DNA of 64,000 bases from Callorhinchus milii (taxonomy: Eukaryota). The DNA is taken from assembly GCF_018977255.1 (NCBI RefSeq), contig NW_024704743.1, positions 112,470,001 through 112,534,000 of the forward strand, written 5' to 3'. Within the stretch, counting starts at the first letter, position 1. Each line of letters starts with the position of its first letter. This document shows positions 24,230 to 37,650 of this stretch, in pieces. The notes below the pieces were generated by a model. That model searched no databases. It worked only from the letters and a program-made list of their open reading frames with translations, and was not told where the DNA came from. The translations under genes were made by a program, and so were the position numbers.

Positions 24230-24362
24230 CTGTGTGTAATGTGTGCATACTGGTCCACTGCATTTTAGAGGGCACCTGGGGTTACAGTCACGAGGATATG
24301 GAAAGCCATAGTCCTTCACTTCATCGTACCAGGGTTTTATCAGCTGCAAAATATTCCTGTAA
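24230..24362 (-). CDS. PI15: Peptidase inhibitor 15, coding exon 3 (133 nt)
   Basis: Translates [44 protein letters not shown] (CAP signature HYTQ); TAG acceptor, GTAAG donor. Confidence 0.96.
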
Positions 24363-25312
24363 CTATATAGAACATCATGGAAACATTAGATGTAATGCCT
24401 CAAGGCAACACTAAAGTAACAATTAGAAAAATCCCCCCAGATAAAAAACAGTAATTCAATTCATGGCTGTTTGTGTGATGTTGCTATGAGCAAACTGACT
24501 GCTGCTTTTGTCTACAAATACCCATCACTACACTTTACACTAAATCCCGTGAGGTCCTTTGAGGTGTCCTCCCGGCATGAAAGGCATAGGTATCAAATGC
24601 AAGAATTAGGGTTGTTCGTTAATAATAAAAGATATTAAGAGATAAAATCATTAAAATATCAAATGCCTTTTTAAAAACAGCTCTCCCTTTTTTATGTTCC
24701 ATACATACAAATTAATTGTAATGTAAATGAAAGTGTTTCTTTCTCCTATTGCAAATACAATCTCAAGTGAAATGCTGACGATTTGGTGTCCCCTGTTTTG
24801 AGCAGATCAACGTGTTACAGCAGAAATAGCACACCAAACCCAAAGCCAATGGCAATGGCTAGAGTGCTATCAACTGAGCCAAGTTAACACAGTGATGTGA
24901 TAATAAGCACATTGCGGGACATTCTGCTCCTGTCAAAGACCCAGTTGATCACTCAACATCCCCCACTTTTAAACTAGCCTTTAAACAGAGATCCCCAGCA
25001 TATTAGTGTATTCTGTGAGACATCTCAAAGACGTGATAAGGCGCTATATCAAATGCAAGGATTATTATATCAGAGCCGGTTCACAGAATACCAGCTAAAC
25101 TGAATTTTAAAAATTATCGTTTGAACAAAGTCGTGTGTGTGTGTGCAGTGCGGGGTGGCGGTCAGTCATTGGAAATCACTGTGAGTGGAATGTCCAAGAA
25201 TTGACAATTAGCACTGGCAATAATTATCACATCCAACATTTTTCACCCCACTGTGTTTGATACACACTTCCATTTGCATTTCACCAAAAAAATTCAAACA
25301 CCAAATATTCAC

Positions 25313-25431
25313 CGTCCAGAACGAACTGATAGATTTTGTCCGAGGAATCTCAGTAGGTAAGGTGGTCCATGGTCCCAGATACATGTAGCAGCCCACGATT
25401 CAGCAGACTTGGCTAGATTCTCATCCCAGAC
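25313..25431 (-). CDS. PI15: Peptidase inhibitor 15, coding exon 2 (119 nt)
   Basis: Translates [39 protein letters not shown](R); flanked by ACAG and GTGAAT. Confidence 0.96.
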
Positions 25432-27774
25432 CTGTAATGTTAACAGAACAAAAAGAGTAATTTTTCTTAACCATTATAGTCACAGTGCTTTAAACCAGCA
25501 CGTTCTAGTCAGTTCCTTAATTTTGTGCAGATATCACCTACCATGTGTAATACAGACTCCCCTCCCCTTCCCCACCCCCGTTACTAATTTTGCATCTGGT
25601 ATGGGCTCACACACTTGGCCCAACTCCAAAGCAAAATAATAGTCATGGTACACAAGAGAACTTTGAGGCTCGCGTTCTGAAAATTATTCAATGTAAAAAA
25701 GATTAGATTAGATTCTATTTCACTTTGTAACTTTAAAACATCTTGAAACACTTCACAGGTAATCACTGAAGAGTGTAGTGACTGTATTTTTAGGTGAATG
25801 CAGCAGCCAATTTGTACACAGCAATATCTCACGAATAGCCATGAATGACCAATTTTATCTGGAAGATTATTGACCAGGCACTGTGCCCTCCATTCAATCT
25901 GGTTCATACCTTCAACCCAACTCACCCCACTATCAGTGGTCGAGCTTTCATCCATTCCACCCCCATTTTTAATGCCAACCTTAAGACCCATCTTTTCAAC
26001 TGTGCTTTCAGTCACCTCCCCCAGGCCCCACACCCCACCATTCCCCACTCCCTCCAAGTTCAGACTCCCCATCAGCAGTGTGAAGCACTTTGACTTTGAG
26101 ACATTCTCCCAGTGTGAAATGCTCTATAAATGTAAATTGCGGTTATATGTTCCTCAATCCTGCCTAAAAATGCAGAAGTATAAACATGGCTATCAATGGA
26201 TGGCAAGTTTAGTTGTACAGAACAAAGCGAACGTTCACAACTATGATGCTAAGGAATTTTGCAGCCAACAAGACTTGCCACTCTATAAATACAAGGTGTT
26301 GTTGTAGGTTGGACGTTTTGAGAGATACAGAGGATGGATGATCTATTCTAGGCAATAGATATACAAGGTGCAGTTGAACACAATGATCTCTGATACCTCA
26401 CCCATTCTTCGTCCATGACCCAAACAGTGATTGTTGGCAGGCTATTCAACCATAAGTGGCATTCCAGCCAAGTTTGATTCAATGCTTAACCAGGGCCAAA
26501 CATTTTTTGAGGCAGGATCATTCTGAGTTGTGGAAGAGACGTCAATCCAAAGTAAAAGCTCAGATTGATCCAAATGCTCATCCCTAACATTGTTCAGCAG
26601 CTGTGGAGAAATCTGACATGTTCCACTCTCATGTGGTTTGACTTCCACAGTGCCAAAAGTGAGTGGCTAAAAAAAGACGATGGGTGGAATCCAAAAGAGG
26701 GTGTGTTAAATCTTCTGCCAATTCAGATTTGGCCAGATTTTACAGATATGATTCATTAGAAAACCCTGGAAAGTTAGAAATCACACTAACTATGTTTTTA
26801 CTCGGTATCACAATGTCTTGCAGGGTCATGGAATGAAAATGACTCCTTTTTCTGAAGATCTCATTGTATGGTGGTAGATGATCTGTGTCTGTGGGTGTTC
26901 TGACAACCAAATCATAATAATAAAAATAATCCGTGCATTTGATATAGCAAAGCACTTCACAGAATGTATTGCAAAGTGATTGGAGTGAATGACCAAGTTA
27001 TTGTTATTTTTGGGGGGCNGGGGGATTTATTACCCTTGGCATGAAATCCGCCAATCGACTAATGACCAGGTTTCTACCTATTGCTAGGTAAACACAGTAA
27101 GGAAGCTTGCCTGAAGGTTTCGCCCTGCCCGGGAATCGAACCCGGAACCTCTTATTTCCTTATTATGTAATCGAATAACCAGTTAAATGAATTTATTAAT
27201 TATGTAATTAACAACTGATTTTTTGTTGGTTATTTCCAGTTAAAGGGCACCTGCAACTCCTGTTGTTCATGTCTTTATCTGTGAGTAAATGTTTCTACTC
27301 AAAAATATTATCTATTGACAAGTCCTAGGTGAACCTTAACTTTCTGCGGTTGAATATTAAGATTAACATCTACAACTAACATTAAACCAATCTGCTCGAT
27401 TGTTCCAGTGAATTAACTTTTTGATTTTTGTCCCAATCTTCAAATCCCTCCATGGACTCACTCCAGCCTATTTATCCAATCTTCCCCAGTCCTATATTTC
27501 AGCCTATATTTCCAGCCAGCATCAACACCTCTCTGGCTGATTTTACCAACCACAAGCTACTTAAACTTAGGTTCTGCTTAACCCTGAGTTTCAAAATCCC
27601 ACATGTAGAACATTGCTTAGACTGTCATCTTCCACCTTCAGAACGTTGCTCACTTATGAACTTGTCTCATCTCCAGTGCTTCTAAAACATTTATCAATAT
27701 CTTTATCGCCTCGAGAATACATTTCTACAAAATTCTCCTCACTGACCTCCCCAACTTCACTCTCCAGAAATGCC

Positions 27775-28251
27775 AGCTGCTTCAGAACTCTACAGTCTCT
27801 ACAGTTTGTATCCTTCAGAGGATCCAGTTCAAGATCTTGGTCCTCACCTACAAAACCCTCCATGGCCTCGCCCCACCCTACCTCTGCGACCTCCTAACCC
27901 CCTACCAACCTACCCGCTCCCACCGCTCAGCCGGCTCTGGCCTGCTCCATGTCCCCCGCCCCACCTGCCCCACCTGCCCCACCATTGGCGGGAGCCACTC
28001 TGCCCCCAACCTCTGGAATTCCATCCCCCAATTACTCTGCCTCGCCCCCTCCTCAGCCTTCTTCAAATCCCACCTCAAAACCCTCCTCTTCGACCATGCC
28101 ATCGGTCACCCCCCTTCCCCTCCCCTCCCTTCTCCCTCCCTGACCCCAGCTCGGGTCTGAAATGCTGTACACTGTCCAGCGCTTTGGGACCTCCTCCCGA
28201 CGGGAAAGGCGCTCTACAAATGTAATCTTGTTGTTGTTGTTGTTGTTGTTG
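27775..28251 (+). mobile_element. L2 LINE 3' fragment
   Basis: LTYKTLHGLAPPYLCDLLTPY...APNLWNSIP...FKSHLKTLLFDHAI; (TTG)n tail. Confidence 0.9.
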
Positions 28252-29394
28252 TCTCCATTGTGCCGCAGTGGGCCAGACTAACACCTGCAGCATAACTGAA
28301 GTAAACCATTTGACATTGAATTGAAACTCAACTTCACAAATACCAAATCTAGGGCCTCAAAACTGAAGCAACCCAAAATAACAAAACGCATAAACTTTCT
28401 CACTGTCCTGCAGCACGGTAACTAATGCATGCAGGCAGTTAATAATAATAATAATAACAATAATAATAATAATTGTTCTTGTATTTGATACAGCCATCTC
28501 AAATGCTTTATAGGATATACTGTAAAGTGGTGTGACTGTGTGTGTTTTGTGGGTGAGTGTGAGGAATTTGCTGTGCTATGGCCATAAAAAAATAAAATAA
28601 ACCTTTTTGGTTCCCCTGTCACAGTACACAATCAATCTACTTTACTGTATATCTTGTGACGTGCTTTAAGACCTCTCAATGATGTAATAAGGTGCTATAT
28701 CAAAAAAAGGTAAGGATTACAAAAAAAAGCAAGCCTGTTAAGATAGGTAATTCTGTTATTTAGCTTTCGTACAGAGGAACAAGCTGACATCATTATTACC
28801 CTTTGTACACAGGCCAATGTTTATTGAATTTGGAACAGGAGCTACTTGTTTCTCTAATATTTTGTTAGGTGTTGCCTCCCCTTCTTTCTGATGTTTTGCC
28901 CTCTCTGTTTCCTACTTATTTCTGTGACCTGTTCTACTTGGTCACCTCTGAAGTCTGTTTTTGTTTCCCTGTGTAAATCTTCTAACCCATCCCAGCTGCT
29001 GGTGAAACATTGATATCCTGTCACTGTCTGTGTGTTGGTGGTCTGCGAGGTTCTAAAGCTGCAAGCCAGCTGTTGACTGGTCATCACTGGCGATGTCACG
29101 GTGCTTAGAAACGTCTAACCAATCCTAGCACCATCTCTCTTACCACTCTTCATTCATGTAAGACCCAAATTTCCCCAAATGTAAACAAGCGTGGGACATC
29201 AGGAGATAACCCCAACAAATTGTTCACCACTACTCTTGAAATTCATACAAGACCATTGCAACAACGGTTCAGCACCAAAGAAGATCAATTGAGCTTTTTT
29301 GCTTTGCCAATTTTTCTACCAATTTTCATTCTCCTGAAGGTGTTTCTCTCCCTTTTCTTTCTACTGGGTGGGTGGCTCCAGTTCAAGACACTAC

Positions 29395-29716
29395 TTGCCT
29401 TGCCCAAACAGCCATAATTCATTGGTGAGCCTTGATAGTGTGAGTGCTGGCAGGCTATTTGACTACAGTAGAATTTCAGCCAAAACTGATCTCATCGTTA
29501 GTCACTGACGTGGCATGTTCACCTTCCAGCAGGGAATACTCAATACCAATTATCAGTGGAATTCACAGCAAATGTTGCCATCCCAAACCCAGATACTGAG
29601 GTCATTTTTAGCTCCTCTGACCGAGATCTGCTAATTCAGCATTGACCCAGTACTGCACCTGGGGGTGATTCATGGTCTGAATGGCTCAGCTACTAAATAC
29701 ATTCATTGGGCCACTG
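29395..29716 (-). mobile_element. Ancient SINE-like repeat, family not named
   Basis: Shares motifs such as GGCAGGCTATT, CCATTCTTC and CTGCTAATTCAGC with diverged pieces near 26400, 38380, 46200, 47620 and 58230. Confidence 0.5.
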
Positions 29717-30234
29717 TTATAGGGCAAAATTTCACAGATATTGGCTGTCCACTAGTATTTTGCCCATCTTGCAATTTAGCTCCGGAGCCATTGCAATGGA
29801 TTTCTATCCTTTCCATATGCAGAATTCCAAACAGGAGACACAAGCTAGGAATAATTGAGCTTCTTTAGACCATTAAGGAGGAATTTGTGTTCATTTCTAC
29901 AGCTGAGAGTATTTAATCCCAGATCCGATTTGAGTTTGGTGATCTGAGCAAGAGTTCAATGTAATCTCATCATTGCGATAGAAATGTATAGAGTTGAGGA
30001 ATTCTCCCTCAAGCCTCTTTCAGAATTGAATTGGCAACATGTTTTAATATAGGAGGATAATCTTTGTTTGATTTCTGGTTAATTGAACTCATTTTTAATT
30101 CACTTTATTTTTTTAAAACTTTCAAAATGATGTTTAGACAAGGAAGAAGCATGAACAAATGATTAAAATAAGGTCACCTGACCCATCAAACCTGCTCCCA
30201 GTCTGTTTTTATTTCTATTGAATTCTACTTGCCT

Positions 30235-30681
30235 CCTTGGGACTGAGCTGTTCCAAGGTGATATGCTTGGCAATGGAAAATTGGAATCAAGTCAAAGTAG
30301 TCTGATTCCTGAGCCAGGTGGGTTATTAATAGACTAGCTAACCTGGCTCATCGGCAGGACTTTGCAGAGCAGACCAGTCAATGAGAGCAGATACGCTGCT
30401 AACTTGGCTCCTGTTAATACTGTATGGCAAAATTTTAATGGGGAGGGTTGTCCTAGCTGGGACAGCTAGTGTTCTCATTGGTAAGGTTTGCAATTTTACT
30501 AATCTGCACCTAACACTCTCTGGAATTAGGTAAGCAGAGTGCATCCCTCCAGGGAGAGATTGCTCATTCCATTTCTGACACAGGGAAATAGTCATATGTA
30601 GGTGACAACATATATGGAACTCTCAGTCTGGTTTGGACGATCTTAAACATGGTGATGGGTCTCCATATGTGTCAGACACCC
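30235..30681 (-). mobile_element. Unclassified ancient repeat copy in the large PI15 intron
   Basis: AACCTGGCTCATCGGCAGGACT...GGAATTAGGTA...CTCAGTCTGGTTTGG...TGGTGATGGG...TGTGTCAGACACC is the reverse complement of 8480-9000. Confidence 0.75.
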
Positions 30682-33374
30682 TCAGACTCCCCAAAATATT
30701 CTACTGAATTTTGAAATACTGTTTAACCATTCAGGCCGGGGAGTCTGGATGGATGTAATCAGGAACCGAGTACATACAATATTGTACCTTCTCATCTAAG
30801 GCCAATATTTCAACAATGTTCAGGCTGATCAAATCTATGGTATCTTAAATCCTACCTGAAAGAGGTTGGACAGTCTTAGTTTGCATTCTAGGAGGTTGGG
30901 ATCCAATGCAGAAAACTTTCCACAAATGAATGCAAAATAATTTGGATGGTTGGTATGTAAATTGAATAATCCATACCAGTGCAGTAAGGGTGCTCTTCTT
31001 TTGTTGAAGTTAGGGGCATTATTAAAGAGAATATGGGAAGCTCTTGACACAGTATTGGCATCTCCATCAGAGCAGCCATCAGCACAAAGTTTATGTTGTC
31101 TTTTGTGTGCAGTCCTCAGGAAAGTGGTAATAGTGTCTCACCACCAGATGAAAGCACTTCTGTAAGACTTCAATGGACATCAAGCCAACTTGTAAGACTT
31201 TAACTCTGAGGTGACCTTGTGTCGGAGTTCAAGTCTGATAAATCAATGTGACATGAAGGGATTTCCCCATAGAAAAAGTAGCTTGTGTCATAAAACTCCC
31301 TCCCCACCCAGTGGCAAGGCACTACCATTACACCACCTACCTGAGGAGCCAGTGTCGGCAGTAAAGATGTCCATGACAAATGTAGAGTTTCCCACACTCT
31401 GAATACTCCACTAATGGGCCTTAACCACAACCTTAGAAAAAACAAGGTTTTTCTATGAAGAAAAACTTTCCCTGGTGAAGCAAAGGACATGTTTCTAATT
31501 CTAACCTGAACAATCATTACCATCTCTAAGACTGAGACTGAAATGTCAATGTGATGCTAATTTTGTGCCAAAGCAGTTTTGCTCTCTAGGAACTAGGTTA
31601 AGAACACTAAAACATCACTCAGAACCTGGCAGAGAGAGGAGACTTTCATCACGTCAATGTGGATTGGATCTGATCCCAAGTTCCTAAAGCGACAGGACTG
31701 TGTACTGAAACGTTAATATTCATTCCCAGGTTAGTTGCAATTTAAATTGACACTGTCGTGTCTTTCCTGCTCTTCCCCTGCACTATTGGCCTTTCACATG
31801 GATTTCTCAATTTGGAAAAAAGATAAAACTGCTGGATAATTGTTTTTTTGTTTGGACAGGAGACTATCCTAATGGTATCACACACAAGAGACATGAAGCA
31901 TTTCAATGTAAGTTACCTCAAATATTATGAATTTTTTTAAATGAAGACGGCTCCCTTTTAAAAGATATGACAGAACTATTTGATTTAAGTATTTTTGCGA
32001 CATAAATAAGAATAGACTTCCATTGGAAGGAATTTCTTCTAATACTGAAATGGTGAGAAATCTGCTGGTTTTATTTAACAATAAAATCTCAATTAGTGTG
32101 AACCAGGGAATAAAGCCTTGATCCAGCATTTGGGCTGGTTGGTTTGATTTTCTTCAGCCATTTAAATTGCTTTGAATGACTCAGCTGCCATTATACAAGG
32201 TAACATTAAGGCTGCTTCAGTTCGTGGCTGCTGCCGATTTTACATCCCTGTGCAACAACAAATTACATTTCAAGTCGGGAGGAATTCCCAAGACGCTGGA
32301 GAATTTGTTGATCATTGCCAAATACAACAACTGTACACTTTTAATAATAATAATCCTTGCATTTGATATAGCACCTTGTCAAAGTGCTTCACAGAATATA
32401 CTGTAAAGTGAATTGACTGTATATTTTGTGGGCGAAACATGGCAGCCAATTGTGTACAGCAGGGTCCCACAAACAGTAGTGGATTGAATAACCAACTTGT
32501 TATTATTTTTTTTTGAAGGACAAAGCGTGCAGATTTGCCCTCAAACATTTTTAAAAAAATCTTGTTAGGAAATATATTTTCCTTAATTTTATACCTTACA
32601 ATGATGCTTTATTATGAATTTACTATGCACAGGCTTGTACACACTATTGTACAGATATTCAGTAGGATGAAGCACTAACATGTATTGTTTGTTATTATTC
32701 ACACCTGTATCCTGTTTTACTTATTTAATTAAAGATGTATTAATTAAGTGCTTTCCTGCATAACAACTTGACTGATACTCACTGATGGAAAACTATATTG
32801 ATTGTCTGCAACATACTGTGCAGTATACACTGCACTTTACAGTAAAATCCTGTGAAGCACTTTGAATTGTCCTCCTGACATCAGATGCAAGGATTATTAT
32901 TTATCTTGTAAGATCTGATTTTTATGAATTAATAATAAGAATAAGAATCCTTGTATTTGGTATAGCGGCTTATCTCGTCGTTGAGACTTCTGAAAGCTCT
33001 TCACAGAATATATTGCAAAATGGATTGACAGTGTATTTTTGTGGTCAAAATGAATGTGAACTGACCTCGAGTGTGATGGCGAATCGTTACCTTTTGGCAT
33101 AGTTCCTCTCACTTATTGCTTGCAATTTGAGCAATAAAGTTAACAATAAAAAGGTTTAATTTGTAGAGCATTCAATACTTCCTACAACCTAAGGCTTTAA
33201 ATGGTAATTTCTCCAGTAGGGGGTGTGAACTGCATCAACTTGCCCAAGAGAGGAAACATGCTTATCGTCTCCAGCCACATAGCCTGCCTGTGATTTAGTG
33301 ATGTGTGTGTATATATATATATACAGTAAATTCCAGCATCAGAAATATTGCAATGATATAGATAATGAACTCAC

Positions 33375-33647
33375 CATGTACTCCATATTAGCAGCAGGTG
33401 GGAAGACTTGACCCCGGACCTTGTTGTGGTAATCTAGGATAACAGACATATCATTCTGGGAGATATATCGCCTCCTTCTGCTTTGAGGGACTTCCCCAGG
33501 TTGCAGATACCTTCTCCAGTTCGGTTCCTCGTCGCTGGAGTTTGCTGAGAGCAGGGTGTCCGTGACATTTGCTACCACAGATGCCCTGGTGGCATGCAGC
33601 ACACACAGCAATCTGATCAGGCTCAGTGTGGCAGAGAGCTTCATCAT
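33375..33647 (-). CDS. PI15: Peptidase inhibitor 15, coding exon 1 (91 aa)
   Basis: [10 protein letters not shown]... signal peptide, RRRR processing site, [36 protein letters not shown] donor at 33374; probable TTTGCAG acceptor ending at 33684. Confidence 0.95.
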
Positions 33648-34161
33648 CAAGATCTGGTCAAAATCTGAAGGTCGTTGTGTGTGCTGCAAACAGGGATTGC
33701 ACATCGATTTAAGAACAACAACAAAAAAAGAAGCCAGCACGTAGCTGGTTAACAGTTATTGGTTCAAACATGCAAATCAATAATTCAAACGAAAGAGAAT
33801 TGCCTCCTTTATTACCAGCGCATTGAATAGAACTGACCCCCAATGTTAATAATATTCATTAAAAAAAAGTAGAAGTGTTTCGACTTTTTTTTTGTAATAA
33901 AAAAAATCTGACCAAATCGTACGAAGTGCATTTTGTTTTGTATTAAAAGAAGTATTATTCGCTGATAACACCCCAAATGTTATCTGCTGACACCTTCTTG
34001 CCACAGACAGAATTGTGCAGTAAAACTCTATCTCACCTCTTTCATTCACTCACTCACTGGCAAAGATGTAAGTCGTGTTCTTCCAAATCTCAAACTCCGT
34101 CTGGGAAGAGTCTTGAGAAGTTTTTTTTTATTCTTGCGATGGGAGTGAAGTAAGGACTTAC

Positions 34162-34213
34162 AGTGATGTGGGGTGTGGCATGTGAGGAACCCTATAGGAG
34201 AGGGAGATCTGCT
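34162..34213 (-). other. PI15: Probable non-coding first exon of PI15
   Basis: Lies between the TATA-predicted start and the donor CTG|GTAAGT-like site (plus strand ACTTAC 34156-34161); would splice to the acceptor at 33683. Confidence 0.55.
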
Positions 34214-34238
34214 GGTCTGAAATTCGTGCTCCTTGGGC

Positions 34239-34245
34239 TTTTATA
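34239..34245 (-). promoter_or_regulatory. PI15 TATA box
   Basis: Minus strand reads GCATATAAAAGCC, about 80 nt upstream of a GTAAGT donor at 34161. Confidence 0.65.
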
Positions 34246-36029
34246 TGCTGTAAAAGGTCTCAGGATGGAAAAAAGATTTCTCTTTGATGGTTGCATGTGT
34301 GTGTGTGTGTCGTTAACCCTCTATAGCCCCTGGATCGGTATTTTATCATCTTGAAATCTTGCCAGTGCCTTTTTTTTTGTTGCTGTTTCACTGTTGCCAG
34401 AATTCACCATCATCAAACCACATGTGTGTCTAATGTGGATTGCTGGCTGGCAATGGAGCAAGCAGCTCAACTCAGTGACAACTCAAGGTGTGAACCGTGT
34501 ATATAATTGACCGAATTGTCGCCTTTTTTCAGGTTTCAAGCACACTGGGCTGATATTTTGATGAAGGGCACGTCATCTATAATTCATTTAATAGGTGTCT
34601 CTCACCTGATTTACCGAGACATGGCTAAGATACAGGCATTGGGTTGAATCACTCAACCTCAGACAGACTCAGAGAAAACAAGTCAATTGCACCATTTCCA
34701 ATCAAATGCCCGCAAAGCAAGCAGGAACATTCACATTCATTCAGTGGAGTTCCTGACCCCTACAACTCTCACTTGTGCTGAACATGAAGGACTTTTCCCC
34801 CTCTAAATGTCATTAAAAAAAATTGAAAATGAAGCAGGGGTTGTACTTTTGATATTCATGGTTGGAAATGCGTTTTCAAACTTTCTGTTTTTTAGAAAGA
34901 TAGATGTTAAAGGCGTAAAATAAAGCTTTCTTGAAGGCAAACTTCACAACCTTTAACATCTTTAATATTACGAGTCATGTGTTGTGTAAGGTTAAACCAT
35001 GCCAACATACTAAATAAAAACCAGGGCAAAAAAAAAGTGCCTTGTGCTGTCTTAATGTCAGTGTATGAAGACATTCAGAGCAAAACATTCCTGCACTGTG
35101 CAGGAACATTCAACCCATTCTGCTGGGGATGTTTAACATGGCAATTGTTAACTGTAAGGCACATTGGATTGTGCAACTGTAAAACGACATCCCTGCAAAA
35201 ATAGAAATTATTTACAGGAACAACCACCACTCCAAAAAAAAACACGCACACATATAAAGCAAAAACATAAACGTTGCACTTTTTGAACTTTTTTTAAAAA
35301 AAAAACTTTGGGGGGGGGTTAAAAATAGCAAGGCTTGTCATTTGCACCGAAGGAAACTCAAAATCTGACCTGTTTCATGGAAAGGTCTAATATAGAGTGA
35401 ACATCATAGCAACTCTAGAACAGAGAGAGCGCCTATGGCTTGCAGGACAGTGTGTAAGAAGTGCGCTTGTTTCCAGTCAGGGTCGGTGCAATGTTAAGAG
35501 TACGGTTTGCGAGGTTTTTGATCTAAGCCAAAAACAACAGCTCCAGAGAATCATATTTCATGCTGCAACTTAGACAAACTAACAGCAAACTGACGCACGA
35601 ACAGCCTCTGAGAAACGTACTTCTTTTCGAGGGGGAAATGATTAATACTTCAATATTCACAAACGCTGTGGGTAAAGTCTGCCCTGGAACAGAACAGGTT
35701 TACCGAGGTTTTATGTTGTCTAACTTCAAAGCACATATTTTACGTGCAAACATTAATTGCCGTGAACAGCGTCCAGATAAATCCACCGATTATTTAAGCT
35801 GTGTTATCATTTCAACACTGGGATCCTGTCTACTTAATACACTTGCAAAAGTGTAATTGCTTTTTCACCATCTAAGTTAAAATAATCAAAGTGTGGAAAA
35901 CCTTGGGCAGACATAGAAAATACACTTCCACATTGTTTTCCTGCTTATATTAAAACAGTTCAGTCATTTTTGAGCTCAGTACTTAAACTTTTAGTTGAAA
36001 ATTGGTTGGATCACAGGACAAATGGAGTG

Positions 36030-36412
36030 CCAGCCTGGCTCAGCTGGTAGTACTCTGGTCTCTGAATCAAAAAGATGTGGGTTCACTCCCCATCTGGTAA
36101 TCAGAGTCTAGGCTGACACTCAAGTGCAATGCTGGGGGAAGCCTTCCAATGTTAGAGGTGCCATCCTTCGGATGAGAAGTTAAATCGAGGTCCCTTCTGC
36201 CTGTTTAGGTGGACATTAAAAATCACATGGCACGATTCAAAAAGAGAAGAGAGTTTCTCCCACTGTCCTGGTCAACAATCCACAGATCAAATTGATCATT
36301 TGCTTGATGGCTGTCTGTGAGACATTGCTGTGCACAAATTGGCAGCTGCATTCACCTTCAAAATACACAGTCATTGCACTTTATAGTGAATCCAGTGCAG
36401 CATTTTGAGATG
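36030..36412 (+). mobile_element. Near full-length Deu-type SINE
   Basis: tRNA-like head TGGCTCAGCTGG..GGTTCACTCC; body GGCTGACACT..GAGGTGCCATCCTTCGGATGAG..GGTGGACATTAAAAATCACATGGCAC; 3' TTGCTGTGCACAAATTGGC. Confidence 0.8.
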
Positions 36413-36664
36413 GTGATTGGGCTGTACATTTCTATGGTTTGATTGCTGTGTTGGCTAGCGTAAAGAGTCACAATATTTCACAGGAAAGCTCTTTGAGATG
36501 TTTTGATGTTATGTTAAGGCACTATACAAATGTAAGTTCTTTCATTCTATACAAGTATAGAATGAGAAAAGACCGTCTAACCCACTCCTTCCAAAAATTA
36601 AGGAAGAGAGCACACATCATGGACCTTACCATATGAACTCCATCTCTTGGAGAATGCTTTTCCT

Positions 36665-36975
36665 ACAACAACAACAAAATTACATTTATGGAGCACCTTT
36701 CACATCGGGAGGATGTCCCAAGGCGTTGGTCAGTCAGGGGTCAGGACCCGAGCATGGGGGAGGGGTGGGATAGGGGTGAGGGAAGGAAGAGAGGTGGGAG
36801 GGTGACCAAAGGCACTAGCGAAGAGGAGGGTCTTGAGACCAGCCTTGAAGGAGGCAAGGGAGACAGCGAGGCAAAGGGACTGTGGGAATGGAGTTCCAGA
36901 GTGTGGGGGCAGAGAGGCTGAAAGCCCGGCCACCGATGATAGGGCTGGTCGGGCTGGAGACATGGAGCAGGCCCA
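36665..36975 (-). mobile_element. L2 LINE 3' end (tail type A)
   Basis: (CAA)n tail, ASFKAGLKTLLFASAFG. Confidence 0.85.
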
Positions 36976-37339
36976 AAAGATAATTAAGTACATTGTTAAT
37001 ACCTCACAATGATTCCATCTCAAATCTTTTAGATGAATGACAATTAAGATTGGTCCGAACAAATGGTCATTTTAAAGGTTACCATGTGAAGTGTGATTAT
37101 ATATTGCATTAGAGTAGTGCACTATGAAAGGTCTGAGCTGCTTTTAACACTGGCTGCAGTGGTGTTTCTGCACAAATCAAATCCATAAATAGTTCATTCC
37201 AAATATATTGGAAAGTAAGTAATGATCTGGCTTAATATTGTCATACCATTAAGCATTAACCAGTATATTGTAGAGTAGGGATGAAGGATGTTGTAAAAAT
37301 GTTATGTGACAAAGAAACTTTGGTGGGAACTGGAGGGGC

Positions 37340-37650
37340 AGCAGACTGACCTTTCCCCTCCGAGATCTGGATTGGAATCCAGCCCATCATTCAGATGAAA
37401 GATTATTCTCTCAGGCTGCTTTAAGGCTCACAAGTCAAATAAGTTTGAGCAGTTTTGACTGTTTACAATGGGCATGAATTGACAACACAAGACCTTCCAA
37501 ACTCGGCAGTAACTTGGCAACCTGACTCACAGGGTATAAAAACGATTGGTGTGGGAAATAGGAAAGTCAGATTACTGCAATAGGGGACTCTTGAAACTGA
37601 GGTTAAAGCATATTGTTGGGACATTGCTGAAGCAAGATTGGACTATACAG
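37340..37650 (+). mobile_element. LF-SINE-like ancient SINE
   Basis: ACTGACCTTTCCCCTC..GAATCCAGCCCA..GAAAG..ACAACACAAGACC..GGCAGTAACTTGGCAACCT..GAGGTTAAAGCATATTG are colinear with blocks of the LF-SINE consensus as recalled; not aligned computationally. Confidence 0.5.

Larger units (their letters stand above)
23000..34213 (-). other. PI15: PI15 gene span from probable TSS to stop codon; CDS join 33647-33375, 25431-25313, 24362-24230, 24145-24030, 23135-23000
   Basis: Exons of 273+119+133+116+136 = 777 nt splice in frame through GT-AG introns to a 258-aa CAP-domain protein ending TSNYLYWFK. Confidence 0.93.

Noticed and set aside
33648..33740. N-terminal extension of PI15 shown in the ORF track
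   Set aside because: It begins at a non-ATG codon and crosses the probable acceptor at 33684; the ATG at 33647 gives the expected signal peptide.
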